From Chiloscyllium plagiosum (Eukaryota): a stretch of 41,862 bases of DNA. This document shows positions 12,655 to 24,810 of the stretch, piece by piece. A program made the position numbers and the translations under genes. The stretch lies in the NCBI RefSeq assembly GCF_004010195.1, contig NC_057719.1:4390244-4432105 (forward strand). The letters are read 5' to 3'. The notes below the pieces were generated by a model that saw nothing but the letters and a program-made list of their open reading frames with translations, ran no database searches and was not told where the DNA came from. The first letter of the stretch is position 1. Each line of letters opens with the position of its first letter.

Positions 12655-14285
12655 AGGAAAACTCCCCAGCTATGTTCAGGACACCACCCACAACTGGGAT
12701 TTTTGTTTCCCCGGCCCCCAAAGCATCATCTTCACCATGGACATCCAGTCCCTGTACACATCGGTCCGTCGTAACGAAGGTCTCCAAGCCCTCAGTTTCT
12801 TCCTCTCACACTGTCCCAACCAGTACCTTTCCACCAACACCTTCATCCACCTGGCTGAACTGGTCCTCACATTCAACAACTTCTCCTTTCAATCCGCCTA
12901 CCTCTTCCAAATGGGACCCACATGGGACCCAGCTATGGTTTGGGTATGTGGAATAGTCCATCTTCCACAGTTACACCAGCACCACCACCCCCACCTGTTC
13001 CTCCGCTACATCGATGACTGTATCGGAACTGCCTCGTACTCCCACGAGGAGGTTGAACAGATCATCAACTTTACCAACACCTTTCACCCTGACCTCCAAT
13101 TCACCTGGACCATCTCAGACACCTCCCTCCCCTTCCTGGACCTCTCCATCACCGTCTGTGGCGACCGACTAACCACAGACATCTACTATAAGCCCACTGA
13201 TTCCCACAGCTACCTAGACTACACCTCCTCCCACCCCACCTCCTGTAAAAACGCCATCTCTTATCCCCAATGCCTCCGCCTCTGCCTCCACCGTATCTGT
13301 TCCTAGGATGACCAATTTCAGCTTAGAAAATCCCAGGTGGCCTCCTTCTCCCAAGATCGCAATTTCTCATCCCACGTGGTTGACGATGCCCTCCAGCACA
13401 TCTTCTCCACTTCACGCACCACCGCCCTTGAACCCTACCCCTCCCAACGTAATAAGGACAGAAGCGCCCGGTCCTCACCTTCCACCCCGCGAACCTCCAC
13501 ATACATCACATCATCCTCTGCCATATCTGCCCACCTCCAAACAGACCCCACCAATACAGATATATTTCCCTCCCTTCCCCTATCAGCATTCTGGAGAGAT
13601 CGTTCCCTCTGCGATTCCCTCATCAGGTCCATGCCCCCCACCAGCACACACCCCACTCCTGGCACCTTTCCCTGCCACCGCAGAAAGTGCAAAACCTGCA
13701 CCCACAACACTCCCCATCCACATCCAACAGAAATTTATCTGCATATATCCCAATGTCATCTACTGATTTCGTAGCATCCGGTGTGGTCTCCTCTACATCG
13801 GGAGGCAGGACACCTTCTTGCAGATTGTTTCAGATAACATCTCTGAGACACCCACACCCACCAACCCCACCGCCCTGTGGCTGAACACTTCAACTCCCCC
13901 TCCCACTCTGTCAAGGACATGCAGGTCCTGGGCCTTGGGACCCGGCAACCACACGGGATTAATGTGGATTTCAACACTTTCCTCATTTCCCCTCACCCCA
14001 CATTATCTCAGTTCCAAGCCTCCAACTCTGCACTGCCCTCCTGTCCTGTCCATCACCCTTCCCATCTATCCGCTCCCCACCCTGAACTATCACCTTCTCC
14101 CTCACCTTCATCTACCTTCATCACATTCCCAGCTACAGTCTCCCCAACCCCACCCACCTCCCATTTATTTCTCAGCCTCCTGGCCCACAAGCCTCATTCC
14201 TGATGAAGGGCTTATGCCTAAAATGTTGATTCGCCTGCTCCTCAGATACTGCCTGACCTGTTGTGCTTTTCCAGCATAGCACTCT
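12655..14285 (+). mobile_element. Penelope-like retroelement, 5'-truncated (RT + GIY-YIG endonuclease + terminal repeat)
   Basis: FTMDIQSLYTS, LTFNNFSF, FLRYIDD, LPFLDLSI, DIYYKPTDSHSYLDYTSSHP, PCHRRKCKTC and NVIY..CGLLYIG; terminal repeat with degenerate CTGATGA core at 14200-14206. Confidence 0.93.
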
Positions 14286-14954
14286 TAACCCAGTAATCTA
14301 CAGACCTGTCAGCTTGACATCAATAGTGGGAAAACTGATGAAGGCCACAATACAGGATAAGGTAAATATACACTTAGAGAAAAATAAGTTAATACTAGAC
14401 AACCAACATGGCTTTGTCGAGGGCAGGTCATGCCTGACAAATTTAATGCATTCGTTGATGAGATGATACAGACAGCAGATGAGGGTAATGCTGCCGGTGT
14501 TGTATATTTTGATTTTTAGAAAGAATTGAATATGTTGTCACTTGGGAGGTCTATTAGCAAACTAGAAATGTTTGGGGTTGCTGGACATTGCCAGCATTGA
14601 TCAGAAATTTGCAGTAAGATAGGAAACACAGGGTAGGTACAGATAGGCATTTCTCAGAGTGGAGAGGAGTGGAAAGTGGTCTTCCCCAGGGATTGATGTT
14701 GGGACCTTTGCTTTATCTTTGCATAAACAATTTTAAGATGGGTGTTGAAGACAGAAACTCTAAACCTGCAGATGATACTAAGCTTGAGAGAGCAATGAAT
14801 TGTGAGGATGATGCTGGGCAACTTCAGAGGGACATTGACAAGTTGGCCAAATGGACAGACACCTGGCAGAAGAGTTTTGATGCAGAGAAATGTGAGGTAA
14901 TGCATTTTAGATAAAGAAACATGCAGCCCATTCAGTCTTTCTGCCTGTAATCCA

Positions 14955-15215
14955 TTCTCTCTGCTCTCTCTCTCTCTCCCTCCCTCTCTTTCTCTCTCTC
15001 TCTCATTCTCTCTCTTTCTTTCTCACTCTCCCTCTCTTTCTCTCTCTCTCTTTTTCTCTCTCTCTTTCTCACTCTCCCTCTCTTTCTCTCTTCCGTTCTC
15101 TCTCTTTCGCTCTCTCTTTCTCTCTCTCCCTCTCTTGCTCTCTCTCCCTCTCTTTCTCTCTCACTCTCTCTTTCTCTCTCTCCCTCTCTCCCTCTCTTTC
15201 TGTCTCTTTCTCCCA
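14955..15215. repeat. (TC)n-rich microsatellite
   Basis: Directly visible; explains the RE-rich minus-strand ORF. Confidence 0.97.
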
Positions 15216-15249
15216 TTGTTCATTCTCTCTTCCTTCATTCCCTTTCTTT

Positions 15250-15890
15250 TCAGCCAGTGTGAACACTGCCACCAGTTCTGGAAAAGGTGGGATCTATTCC
15301 AATGGAATGGTCTCCACCTGAAACACACTGGGGTTGGTATCCTTACTGTCTGAATAAGTAGGGAAGTAGAGAGGATTTTAAACTAAATGGTGAGGCCAAG
15401 AGATTACATTTGTGAAGATTTGGCAGATCAAAGAGTAGGATTAAGGCCAAAGAGAAAGGTATGAATATGGAAAGTGGTGAACAGACTGCGACAGGAATAG
15501 CTGGGGTGACACCAAAACATAAGAGTGGAATTTGCACAGATTGCAAATGGATGAAACTAAACGCTCTATATCTGAATGCACATGGTATGCAAACCAGAAC
15601 AGGAGAGCATAAAATAAAAATGAATAAGTGGAATTTGATAGATTTTACCGAGACGTGGCTGCAGGATTGGGACCAGACAACGAGGAACCTCAAGAAAGTA
15701 GGAAAAGCTGGAGAGTTGGATCTGTTAATTAATAGTTGTATTTGCTCAATGGAGAGCAATGACCTTAGTTTAGGAAACCGTACTGTACATACAGTTTGGG
15801 TAGAAATGATAAAAGCAAGAAGTTAATTGTGAGAATATCTAACTAACTATAAAGTAGGGTAAGGTATAAAGGAAGAATGGATGAAAGCTG
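15250..15890 (+). mobile_element. CR1 ORF1 end / ORF2 start remnant
   Basis: FWKRWDLFQWNGLHL (esterase DGLHL-like) followed by LNALYLNAHGM..FTETWLQD (APE start). Confidence 0.8.
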
Positions 15891-16329
15891 AATGTGACAT
15901 CTCGCTAGGGTAGCAGACTGGAAATCAAATCCTGCTATTCCCAGAGCCATCATGAAAGCTAAACATTTTACTAAAGTACACAAAATTCCCCAATTTAACT
16001 GTTATTCAGACCCAGGTTAAATATGGGCCATGTTTCTGTACTTAACAAGAATCATTATTTGTTACAAAGTCAACAGATTCTAAGCACAGATAAACAATTA
16101 CGAACAATTAACAAATAACCCAGTTAGAACTCCAATCCCCTTCCAAACTTCCTCCTGGATCACTTCCACCTAGACAGACAATGGCAGCAGATACATGGGA
16201 ACATCACCACCTCAAAGTTCCCCTCCAAGCCACTCACCATCCTGACTTGGAAATATATCGCCATTCCTTCTGTGTCACTGGGTCAAAATTTTGGAATTGC
16301 CTACATAAGGACATTGCGGGTTAACCTAT

Positions 16330-16682
16330 AGAACGTAGAATCCGTACAGTATGGAGGCAGGCCATTTGGCTCATCAAGGTCCTCACTGACTCTCCAAAGA
16401 ACATCCCACCCAGGGCCAGACCCTTCAACCCTATGTCTGTAACCTTCATTTCCCATGGCTACTTCACCTAACCTACACATCCCTGGACACTACTGGGTAA
16501 TTTACATGGCCAATCCACCCAACTTGCACATCTTTGGACTGTGGGAGGAAACCGGAGCACCCGGAGGAGACCCAAACAGACACAGGGAGAATGTGCAAAC
16601 TCCACACAGTCGCCCAAGACTGGAATCAAACCCAGATTCCTGATGCTGTGAGGCAGCAGTGCTAACCACTGAGTCAGCCACT
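16330..16682 (-). mobile_element. HE1-type V-SINE
   Basis: Reverse complement of a tRNA-like head (TGGCTGACTCAGTGGTTAGCACTGCTGCCTCACAGC) and of the V-domain GTGGAGTTTGCACATTCTCC...CCCACAGTCCAAAGATGTGC. Confidence 0.88.
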
Positions 16683-17239
16683 GTTCTTCAATCTCTCTCT
16701 TCCAGCTCCTTTTCATTTAATCACAGGAGGAATAGGCGATTGGAACTTTACCTGCAAATACTATTAATTTCTGCTTAAAGGTCACAGCTTACAGCAATTG
16801 TTGAGGGAAAATAAACTGGCTTTCTTCAGGCTTTAGGTATTTTATTGGAGAGAAAGATGTACCACCTGCCTCTTATTGCTGTCCAAAGACTTCTGCTGGT
16901 ATTATTCACACCCACAACCTTTTCAGCCTCCCCAGAGCCAATCAGATAGTTGCTGTCAGGTTGATGGCACTTGTCACCTACAACAGGTTACAACTCCACA
17001 ACCAATCAGCTCCTTGCTGCTGGCCAAACCTCACTCTGTACTCACTCCCTGATACTGACACACTGACAGTCTCCCTCACTGCTTGTACTAAGCTGCAGTG
17101 TAAAGACAACTTACAATGAGTTTCGGTAAGTGGCTTTTAATTTTTTCTACAACTCTTGGTTTTAAAACAGTCCTTTCCCATTTCATATTAAATGTATAGA
17201 AAAATATAAAGATAAATTATTTACATACCTAATGTAAGT

Positions 17240-17440
17240 TTATAAAAAGGAGCAATGTATGCTGAAATTCTGTTTTCTGACATGAAAAACAGGGGCCTGT
17301 ATGTTTATAAATGTAGCTTCCACTACATGCAAATTCATCACACAATGAGCTTGGCTGATGCTCTTCATTAGGTTTCTGGTGTTAGCACAGACTGGATTAT
17401 TTAATAAATGATTTAGCAATACATCCTGATAACCATTCAC
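17240..17440 (-). mobile_element. 3' remnant of a different Penelope-like family (GIY-YIG C-terminus)
   Basis: Minus-strand ORF HLLNNPVCA..SQAHCVMNLHVVEATFINIQAPVF resembles PLE endonuclease C-termini (H-L...LEA-I...P-L). Confidence 0.6.
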
Positions 17441-17559
17441 AGCGAGAGACACACCAATCTTGATCAACTAGCCCATGCTTGCAAGCCTTAGTAGTGCATC
17501 TCCACCATTAGATATGATTCTGATATTTAAGATCACTTATCAGCAATATTTATCAGTAT

Positions 17560-17880
17560 TTAGCACATTGACACAGATAGAGGATTGGTTATTTAACAGG
17601 AAACAAAGAGCAGGGGCAAATGAGTCTCTTTCAGGTTGGCAAAATCTAATGGGTATTTATCACATGGATTGGTGCTGGGACCTCAACTGCATATAATTTA
17701 CAGAAATTATTTAGATAAGGGGATAGAAGACATATTTGCTAAACTTGCTGATGACACTAAGCTGACTAGGAAAGTAAGAGGAAAATTACTGCAGGTGCTG
17801 GAATCTGTACTGAAAACAACAAAAGCGAGAGATCATAACAGGTCAGACAGCATCCATAGAGAGCGAGCAAGCTAATGTCT
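17560..17880 (+). mobile_element. CR1 RT fragment followed by a PLE terminal-repeat fragment (opposite strand, ~17778-17878)
   Basis: IEDWLFNRKQR, HGLVLGPQL, KLADDTKL; then CTGCAGGTGCTGGAATC...AGGTCAGACAGCATC. Confidence 0.72.
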
Positions 17881-18169
17881 CTTACAAGTATTGCTTGGTC
17901 TTTCATTCATCTGTATCTGCCCCTCATTCTCTCTTGCACCTGTAACACAATCTCCTGTTCTCTGTCTCTATGTCTGTGTCTATAATTGAGTCTTTTTCCC
18001 ACTTGCGATTCTTTCTCTCTCTATAACTCCCTCTCTCTTTCTGTATCTCATTCTCTCTCCCTGTTACCTATTATTTCACTCACTTGCAACTCATGCCCTC
18101 ATTCTGTCCCTATTCCCTTTCTGTCTCATGTTATGATTCCTAGATTAAGCTAAACATCTGGCCATCATG

Positions 18170-18440
18170 AGGCGGCATAATTGTAAGGTGAATGGAGGAA
18201 GGTTTAGGGGAGATGTCAGAGATCAGTTCTTTAGACATAGAGGGGTGGGTACATGGCATGCACTACCAGCAGTGGTAAAGAGTCAGAGACATTAGACACA
18301 TTTAAGCAACTCTTGGATAGGCGCATGGATGATAGTAAAGTGAAGGGTATGTAGGCTAGTTAGATCTTAAAGTAGGATAAAAGGTCAGAACAACATCAAG
18401 GACTGAACTGTGCTGTACCGTTTCATGTTCTTTGTTCTAT
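18170..18440 (+). mobile_element. CR1 3' end fragment
   Basis: GGAGGAAGGTTTAGGGGAGATGTCAGAG... with GTTCTTTGTTCTAT tail. Confidence 0.8.
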
Positions 18441-19889
18441 TTTAATGTATTAATTCTCTCTGCCAGAAACCCAATGATACAATTTTCATTAACAGCAAAG
18501 GACTCGCCTGTCACATGCTTTCTAAGAAATGTTGGATTTAAGGCACTGTACCAGAATGACTTGTTGATCATTTTTTTTAAATCACCTCAATGGTAACCCA
18601 CAATTGCCTTCTCTTTGTAAAATAGTCCATATTACAAAACTCATTCCCCCCTCACCTGTCTCTCATTTTCTCTCACTCTGTAACCAATCTCTCTCTGTTA
18701 TTCATACTCTCTCTTTCACTTGTAACTCAGTCTTTCTCTCTCTCTAACTCCTTCTCTCTGTCTCTCTCTCTTTCTGTAACGCATTCCCTCAGACTGTAAC
18801 CCATTCCCTCCATGTGTAACTAGTTCTTTCCCCACCCGTAATTCATTCTCCCTCTCATAAATTATTTTATCTCCTCCCGCCCCGTATCTGATTAGTGTGT
18901 TTATACCTGTCCTTGAAACTTTCTCTCTACCTCCATCTGTGTCTTTCGTTGTCTCGTTACTATATCTCCCTGACAGAAGTTACTGCCATTTTTGACCAGT
19001 GTGTCCACCTGAAAATGGACATTATGTCACATCCTGTCTGAAAGTATTGCCAAAATTGCCGTTCTCTGCCTGTATGGCACAGAACCACCAGTTTTAGTAT
19101 GTGTTCAAACGTAGGAGATCTTGAAGCCACGAATCTCTGACTCAGACACAAGAGACTTTTAACAACGACAGTGATACTTTCATTATTAATATTTAATTGT
19201 TCTGTGATTTTTGTCAAAATAACACAATGATGCAATCTGCAAGTAAGTAAAAAATAAAGTGATAAAGAGCTAGAGAGACACAGAGCTGGGAGAATAAGTG
19301 ATTAGATGGCGAATAGAGATAGCTAGAATTTGTGTGTATTTTTCACTGTAATGTTTAACAGCTGGATCATCCTTCGAGTCAGGAGTTTGATCTTTATTGT
19401 TCAGTTAATTCCAACTCTGCCCAATTATCCAATCCTTCAACATGTCCTTTGATTGTAATCTGAAGGTTCACAATCATCAGATGGAATAACACCAGTTATT
19501 CACCGATACACAAATTCTATTTCTCAGATGGAAATCAGAAAATAGCTGCAATAACAGGGAGAATGGATCTGCCTTTAGTATTGAGCCTGATTGTCCATTA
19601 GTTTAAATTTAAACTATTCATCCACTGCCTACAGCTAACCTGAACCCCTGCTGTTAGTTCCCTTCAGAGCAATGTAATGCTTAGCAACACTTGTGGAAAT
19701 GTACTGAGAAGCATTGTGTTTATATTAGAAAATGTGTTTTTATGCACCTTAACTCAATTTTACATGCAGGGAGGCATAACCACTGTAATTTTCTTGGAGC
19801 TTTGTAACTAACTTCATAGTTTAAGGATTCAGTGTTTGCTTGAACTAAAAACTGCCATCAGGGATATTGTCAGGGAAAATATGGGGGAA

Positions 19890-20430
19890 TGCAAAATACA
19901 TTCAGCAGTAGCAACACAAGGAATATGATTAGACCAAAACCTTGGCAGTTCTCATCTTCACTATCTCTCTTACTCTCAGTATCTCTTCTCATTGGATATG
20001 CCTCACTATCCGTATTCTCCATCACTCTGTGTGTCCCTCAGAACCAAACAAAGATCCTACCTTACCATCAGTATTTTCACACGTGGAGGCAATTGGTTTT
20101 ATATGTATTTGTTACCCTTTCTCAATGTTCCCTATAACCTTGTGCGCATGTCACCTCATATCTATCCGCTCTTGGTTTATTTCACCATAACTAGTTTTTC
20201 TTCAATCTTCCTGCCAAATTTAATTACTGCACCATTCTGTGCATTAAGTGTCAATTGTGTCCACTAATCTACTCCCTTGTCACGTTTATTGTATCCTACT
20301 CACAGATCACAATAATTCCAAATTCTGTGTTGTCAGCAAATTTTGAAATTGTTCCTTGTATACCCGGGTTTATGTAATTATTGTTGAATGGTAAAAACAT
20401 GGCTCCTTGCAATAACCCCTGCTGAGCCAC
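19890..20430 (-). mobile_element. Highly decayed CR1 RT fragment
   Basis: GTGTTGTCAGCAAATTTTG is KFADNT on the minus strand; nearby GVIARS/GVLQG-like sequence. Confidence 0.6.
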
Positions 20431-20544
20431 CACCTTCAACTTATAGTCAGTTATTCCATACCAAGTGCAATACATAATTCCATGAACTTTGACTGGCTCC
20501 GCTGAGCAATCCTGGGGAGTAATCCTGTCTCCCCCCCATCAGAA

Positions 20545-20690
20545 AGTTACCAGCTTCAATTCCACTCCAGTTAAACACAAAATCCAGGCTGATACTCCAG
20601 TGCAGTACAGAGGGAGTGCTGTTCTGTTGTAGGTGCTGTCTTTTAGATCTGACATTAAAACAAGGTCCATATGCCCTCACCATCAAACAA
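20545..20690 (+). mobile_element. SacSINE1-like (Deu-domain) SINE fragment
   Basis: CCAGGCTGATACTCCAGTGCAGTACAGAGGGAGTGCTG...AGATCTGACATTAAAACAAGG matches the Deu-SINE 5'/core region as I recall it. Confidence 0.7.
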
Positions 20691-20755
20691 TGAGTACTCA
20701 CAGCCCTCTGTGGTGGAGAATTCAAAGGATCACAATCTTCTCAGTTAAATCATTT

Positions 20756-21770
20756 AGAACAAAGAACAAAGAAAAGTACAACACAGAACAGGCCCTTTGA
20801 GTAGGATACAATAAACGTGACAAGGGAGTAGATTAGTGGACACAATTGACACTTAATGCACAGAATGGTGCAGTAATTAAATTTGGCAGGAAGATTGAAG
20901 AAAAACTAGTTATGGTGAAATAAACCAAGAGTGGATAGATATGAGGTGACATGCGCACAAGGTTATAGGGAACATGATGTTGTGCCAAGGTTTAATCGTA
21001 ATGTAAAGTAAAATAACTTAACCTACCATCCCTCAGCTCACTGCTATCCAAGTGCATGTCCAGCAGTCACTTAAATGTCCCCAGTGATTCTGCTTCCACC
21101 ACCACCGCTGGCAATGCATTCCATGCATTCACAACTCTCTGCGTAAAGAACCTACCTCTGATGTCCCCTCTATACCCTTCTCCTCATATCGTAAAACTAT
21201 GACCCCTCATCAATCCTGCCCTGGGGAACAGTTTCTGGATATCGACTCTATCCATGCCTCTCGTTACCTTGTTACACCTCGATTAGGTCACCTCTCTTCC
21301 TCCTTCTCTCCAGAGAGAAAAGTCCTAGCTGATTCAACCTCCCTTCATAAGGCAAGCTTTCCAGTCCAGACAGCATCCTGGTAAACCTTCTTTGCACCCT
21401 CTCCAAAGCCTCTGTATCTTTCCTATAGTAGGGCGGCTAGAACTGGACACAATATTCCAAGTGTGGTCTCACCAGGGACTTGTAGAGCTGTAGCCTCATC
21501 TCTGACTGAAATGGCATCCCCCTAACTTTTAAACTGTGCCCCCCTGGTTTGAAACTCCCCAGCCATGTGAAATATCTAACTGACATTTCCCTTATCATTC
21601 TCTTTAAGATTTTTATACATTTCAAAAGATCATTCTTTGAACCTCTAGAGAATGCACGTCCAGTTAGCCCAATCTCTCTTCATAACAGAGTCCCCAGCTT
21701 CCTGGGCACAAGACTGATGAACATTTGCTGCACTCCCTCTGTGGCAATAATATTGTTCTTGATATAAGGA
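20756..21770 (-). mobile_element. CR1 3' fragments (younger 20756-~21495 joined to an older one), with a 178-bp templated insertion at 20798-20975
   Basis: AGAACAAAGAACAAAG tail; minus ORF RLQLYKSLVRPHLEYCVQF. Confidence 0.85.
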
Positions 21771-21779
21771 GGAGCAAAC

Positions 21780-22086
21780 CCGGTGGCTCAGTGGTTAGCA
21801 CTGCTGCCTCAAGCACCAGGGTCCCAGGTTCAATTCCAGCCTCAGGCGACTGTGTGGAGTTTGCACATTCTCCCCGTGTCTGCGTGGGTTTGCTCCGGGT
21901 GCTCTGGTTTCCTCCCACAGTCCAAAGATGTGCAGGCCAGATGAATTGGCCATGCTAAATTGCCCATAGTGTTAGGTGCAATAATCAGAGGGAAATGGGT
22001 CTGGGTGGGTCACTCTTCGGAGGGTTGGTGTGAACTGGTTAGGCCGAAGGGCCTGTTTCCACTCTGTAGGGAATCCAGTCTAATCA
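21780..22086 (+). mobile_element. HE1-type V-SINE, near full length
   Basis: A box GGTGGCTCAGTGG, B box GGTTCAATTCC, V-domain, and LINE-derived tail ending CTAATC. Confidence 0.92.
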
Positions 22087-22409
22087 AAAAAACTGCACAG
22101 TGTATTGCATGTGCACTCTAACCAAGCTCTTATACAATCTATGCAAGACTCTTCCTGCTCCTGCACTACCAATGTGTTCCAAAGAAGGTTTACTGGACTC
22201 AAGATGTTAACTCTGCTTTTTGCCAAAGCTGTTGAGTTGCTCCAGCAATTTCTGGCTTTTTTGTCAAAAAGTTAAATTTAAGCACATCTATAGTTTCAAA
22301 TTCAGTCATTTTCAAAGGATGCATTAAAGGAGCAGCTTAACTAATAACCTGCTAAACCTGGATCCTCATTAAATGACACAGCTAGGTCCTTTCTGTAGGC
22401 TGTATATAT

Positions 22410-22545
22410 CCTCATTCCTGATGAAGGACTTTAGCCCAAAATATCAATTTCCTGCTCCTCGGATGCTGCCTGACCTGCTGTGCTTTTCCAGCACCACTCG
22501 AGTCTAGACTCTGATCTCCAGCATCTGCAAGTCCTCACTTTCGCC
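22410..22545 (+). mobile_element. Solo PLE terminal-repeat element with degenerate hammerhead core and TSD
   Basis: CTGATGA at 22418-22424; CTGTATATAT at 22400-22409 and 22545-22554. Confidence 0.82.
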
Positions 22546-22809
22546 TGTATATATAAGTAGCCAACTTAGTACAAGTTAGCACTGGAGTGCAACTGACTCT
22601 AAAGTGCTCGAATTGAGTGACTCAAAAGGTTCAGCAGAGGAAGGAGAGCGGTGTTTAGTTGTTTTTGCCTAAATAAAGCAACTGACTTGTGAGTAGGATT
22701 GGTGAGTATTTCTAGTCATTAATATAAACATAAGATCTTTAGTTTGTGCTTATGTCACCAGTCTTTTCTCTTTCTTTTCTTAAACGTAGATTGGTAGATC
22801 TAACATTGA

Positions 22810-22947
22810 GCTGAAAATGTGTTGCTTATGCCCGAAACGTCGATTCTCCTGATCCTTGGATGCTGCCTGACCTGCTGCGCTTTTCCAGCAACACATTTTT
22901 CAGCTCTGATCTCCAGCATCTGCAGTCCTCACTTTCTCCTCGAAGAC
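22810..22947 (+). mobile_element. PLE terminal-repeat derivative with short inverted 5' arm and TSD
   Basis: CTAACATTGA at 22800-22809 and 22948-22957; GAGCTGAAAATGTGTTGC pairs with GCAACACATTTTCAGCTC. Confidence 0.85.
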
Positions 22948-23962
22948 CTAACATTGATACAATTATGTAAGGAAAGGAAAAAATACAATAGTGTTTAGAG
23001 TGGGATTTATTCAAGTGTAAAGAACAGGGCTATTAGAGCAAGTTAATTCAATAAAATATGATGAAGATGGCAGATGTGTTGCAACTGCAGCATGTGTGAG
23101 ATACTGGACACCAAGGTAATCCACAGTGGACACATCTATAGCAACTGTTTGTAGCTTCAGATCCAAGTTCCTGAACTGGAATCTGAGCTGCAGACCTTGT
23201 CCCACATTGCAGAGAGGGAAAGTTAGTTGGAGACTTTAGCAGGAGGCAGTAACACTCCTTGGATTAGGTCATTCAGACGTGGTCTGTGTTCAGGAACAGA
23301 TGACCGCAATTGGAGCTAAGGTAGGTTTGAGGACCCAAGGAATATCTCTCATGGAGACTTCACCCCTACAATAGTCCACCAGTTTCAAGGTTATTATAAA
23401 CTGTGTGGATGAGAGAGAGGACTGCAGGGGAGATGTGTGACCTGACCATGGCACCTTCATACACAGAGCCATTTAAATGGAAGGGGAAGATGAAGTAGGA
23501 ATGTAATTATAGTAGGGGACAGTATAACTAGGGGGAATAGCTACTGTTCTCAGCAGCAGTGACTGGAAATCCCAAGGCTGTGCTGCCTACCCCACATCAG
23601 GGTTAAGGACATCTCATAGTTGGAGAGGAACTTGGAGAGTTGGGGGGTGGGCAGAGATCCAGGGAGGAATTGAGGGTTGTGGGTAAAATGCAGGCAAATG
23701 GACATGAGGAATGTCAAATCAGCTGTGATCCTATTAAGTGGGGGGGGCACACTCAAGAGGTCCAATGGCCTACTCCAGTTCCTATTTCTTATAATCAGTA
23801 GTTATTGTCCATATTGGTAGGACCAGAAACAATCTTCTGCTGAAAGATTTTAAACAATTAGCAGCTAAATTAAAGAGCAAAGTAACAATCTCCAGATTAC
23901 TATTTGACCCACAGGCAATCTAACTCAAGGAAATAATGCCAAGGAGTTAAATGTAGGTTAAA

Positions 23963-24200
23963 GATTGGTACAAGTGCTGGAAAAATACAGCAGGTCAGAC
24001 AGCATCCGAGGAGCAGGAAAATTGACATTTCAGGCAAAAGCCCTTCATCAGGAACTGGATACTGGAATTCCCGATGAAGGGCTTTTGCCCGAAACGTTGA
24101 TTTTCCTGCTTCTCAGATGCTGCCTGACCTACTGTGCTTTTCCAGCACTACTCTAATCTAGACTCTGATCTCCAGCATCTGCAGTCCTCACTTTCGCCTA
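23963..24200. mobile_element. Fold-back PLE terminal-repeat element with hammerhead-like cores in both arms
   Basis: ~90-bp imperfect inverted arms around CTGGATACTGGAA; AAAAGCCCTTCATCAGGAA versus TTCCCGATGAAGGGCTTTTGCCCGAAACGTT. Confidence 0.88.
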
Positions 24201-24306
24201 CCATGGGTTTTAGTTCACTGGGCATCAGACACTGATACTAGAATAGAGGGAGTTGTTCCACTGGGACAACTACGCTGGGTCTAGCATCCTAAGTACACAA
24301 GAAGGA

Positions 24307-24655
24307 GGCTGGAAGAGCACAGCAAGCCAGGTAGCATCAGGAGGTGGAGAAGTTGACATTTTGGGTGTAACCCATCTTCAGGACTCGGGGTGGGTGTGGG
24401 GGGAGCTGCAGATAAAGGGGGTGGTGGAGGCAGGGTGGTGAGGTGGGGATAGGTGAAGACAGGTAGACAGTATGATCTGGTTGGTCAGTGGGAGGAATGA
24501 ATCCAGTTGGTGGCTGGGAGGAGTGGAAGGGAGAGAGAGATGCTGGGAAGGGAGTCGGGAGAGGGAAGGGAGGTTATTTGAAATTGGAGAACTCAATGTT
24601 GAGTCCTCAAGGCTGTAGGCTGCCCAGGCAAGGATGTTGTTCCTCCAATTTGGTC
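24307..24655 (-). mobile_element. Penelope 3' fragment (endonuclease end + terminal repeat)
   Basis: Minus strand reads LGSLQP*GLNIEFSNFK, then a terminal repeat with degenerate CTGAAGA core (~24350-24386). Confidence 0.82.
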
Positions 24656-24810
24656 TAACAACCTGGCAAATCAATAACTGGGGCTGATGAGAGGAATTTA
24701 AATGAATGAGAGGGGCTTCTAGTTGAGAATGGACAATGCATAGGCTTACAGAGCAAAAGGATATGGCTGCATTGCAGGGTAACAGTTTGGATGATGATAC
24801 CCAGAGTGGA

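Larger units (their letters stand above)
10440..14930 (+). mobile_element. Old CR1 LINE ORF2 (endonuclease to RT) hosting two nested insertions
   Basis: Endonuclease start (HVNALNILKKTEELE..GRYDI ~10625-10700), KRGGGAVLVK, VGDFNDP, SPGPGGILP; resumes at ~14287 with NPVIYRPVSLTSIVGK, QHGFVEGRSCLTNL, SGLPQGLMLGP and ADDTKL. Confidence 0.88.

Noticed and set aside
12737..13306. Functional reverse transcriptase or telomerase-like gene
   Set aside because: Penelope RT with deletions, frameshifts and stops; 5'-truncated.
21780..21850. tRNA gene
   Set aside because: The A and B boxes belong to the tRNA-derived head of a V-SINE that continues into the V-domain and a LINE-like tail.
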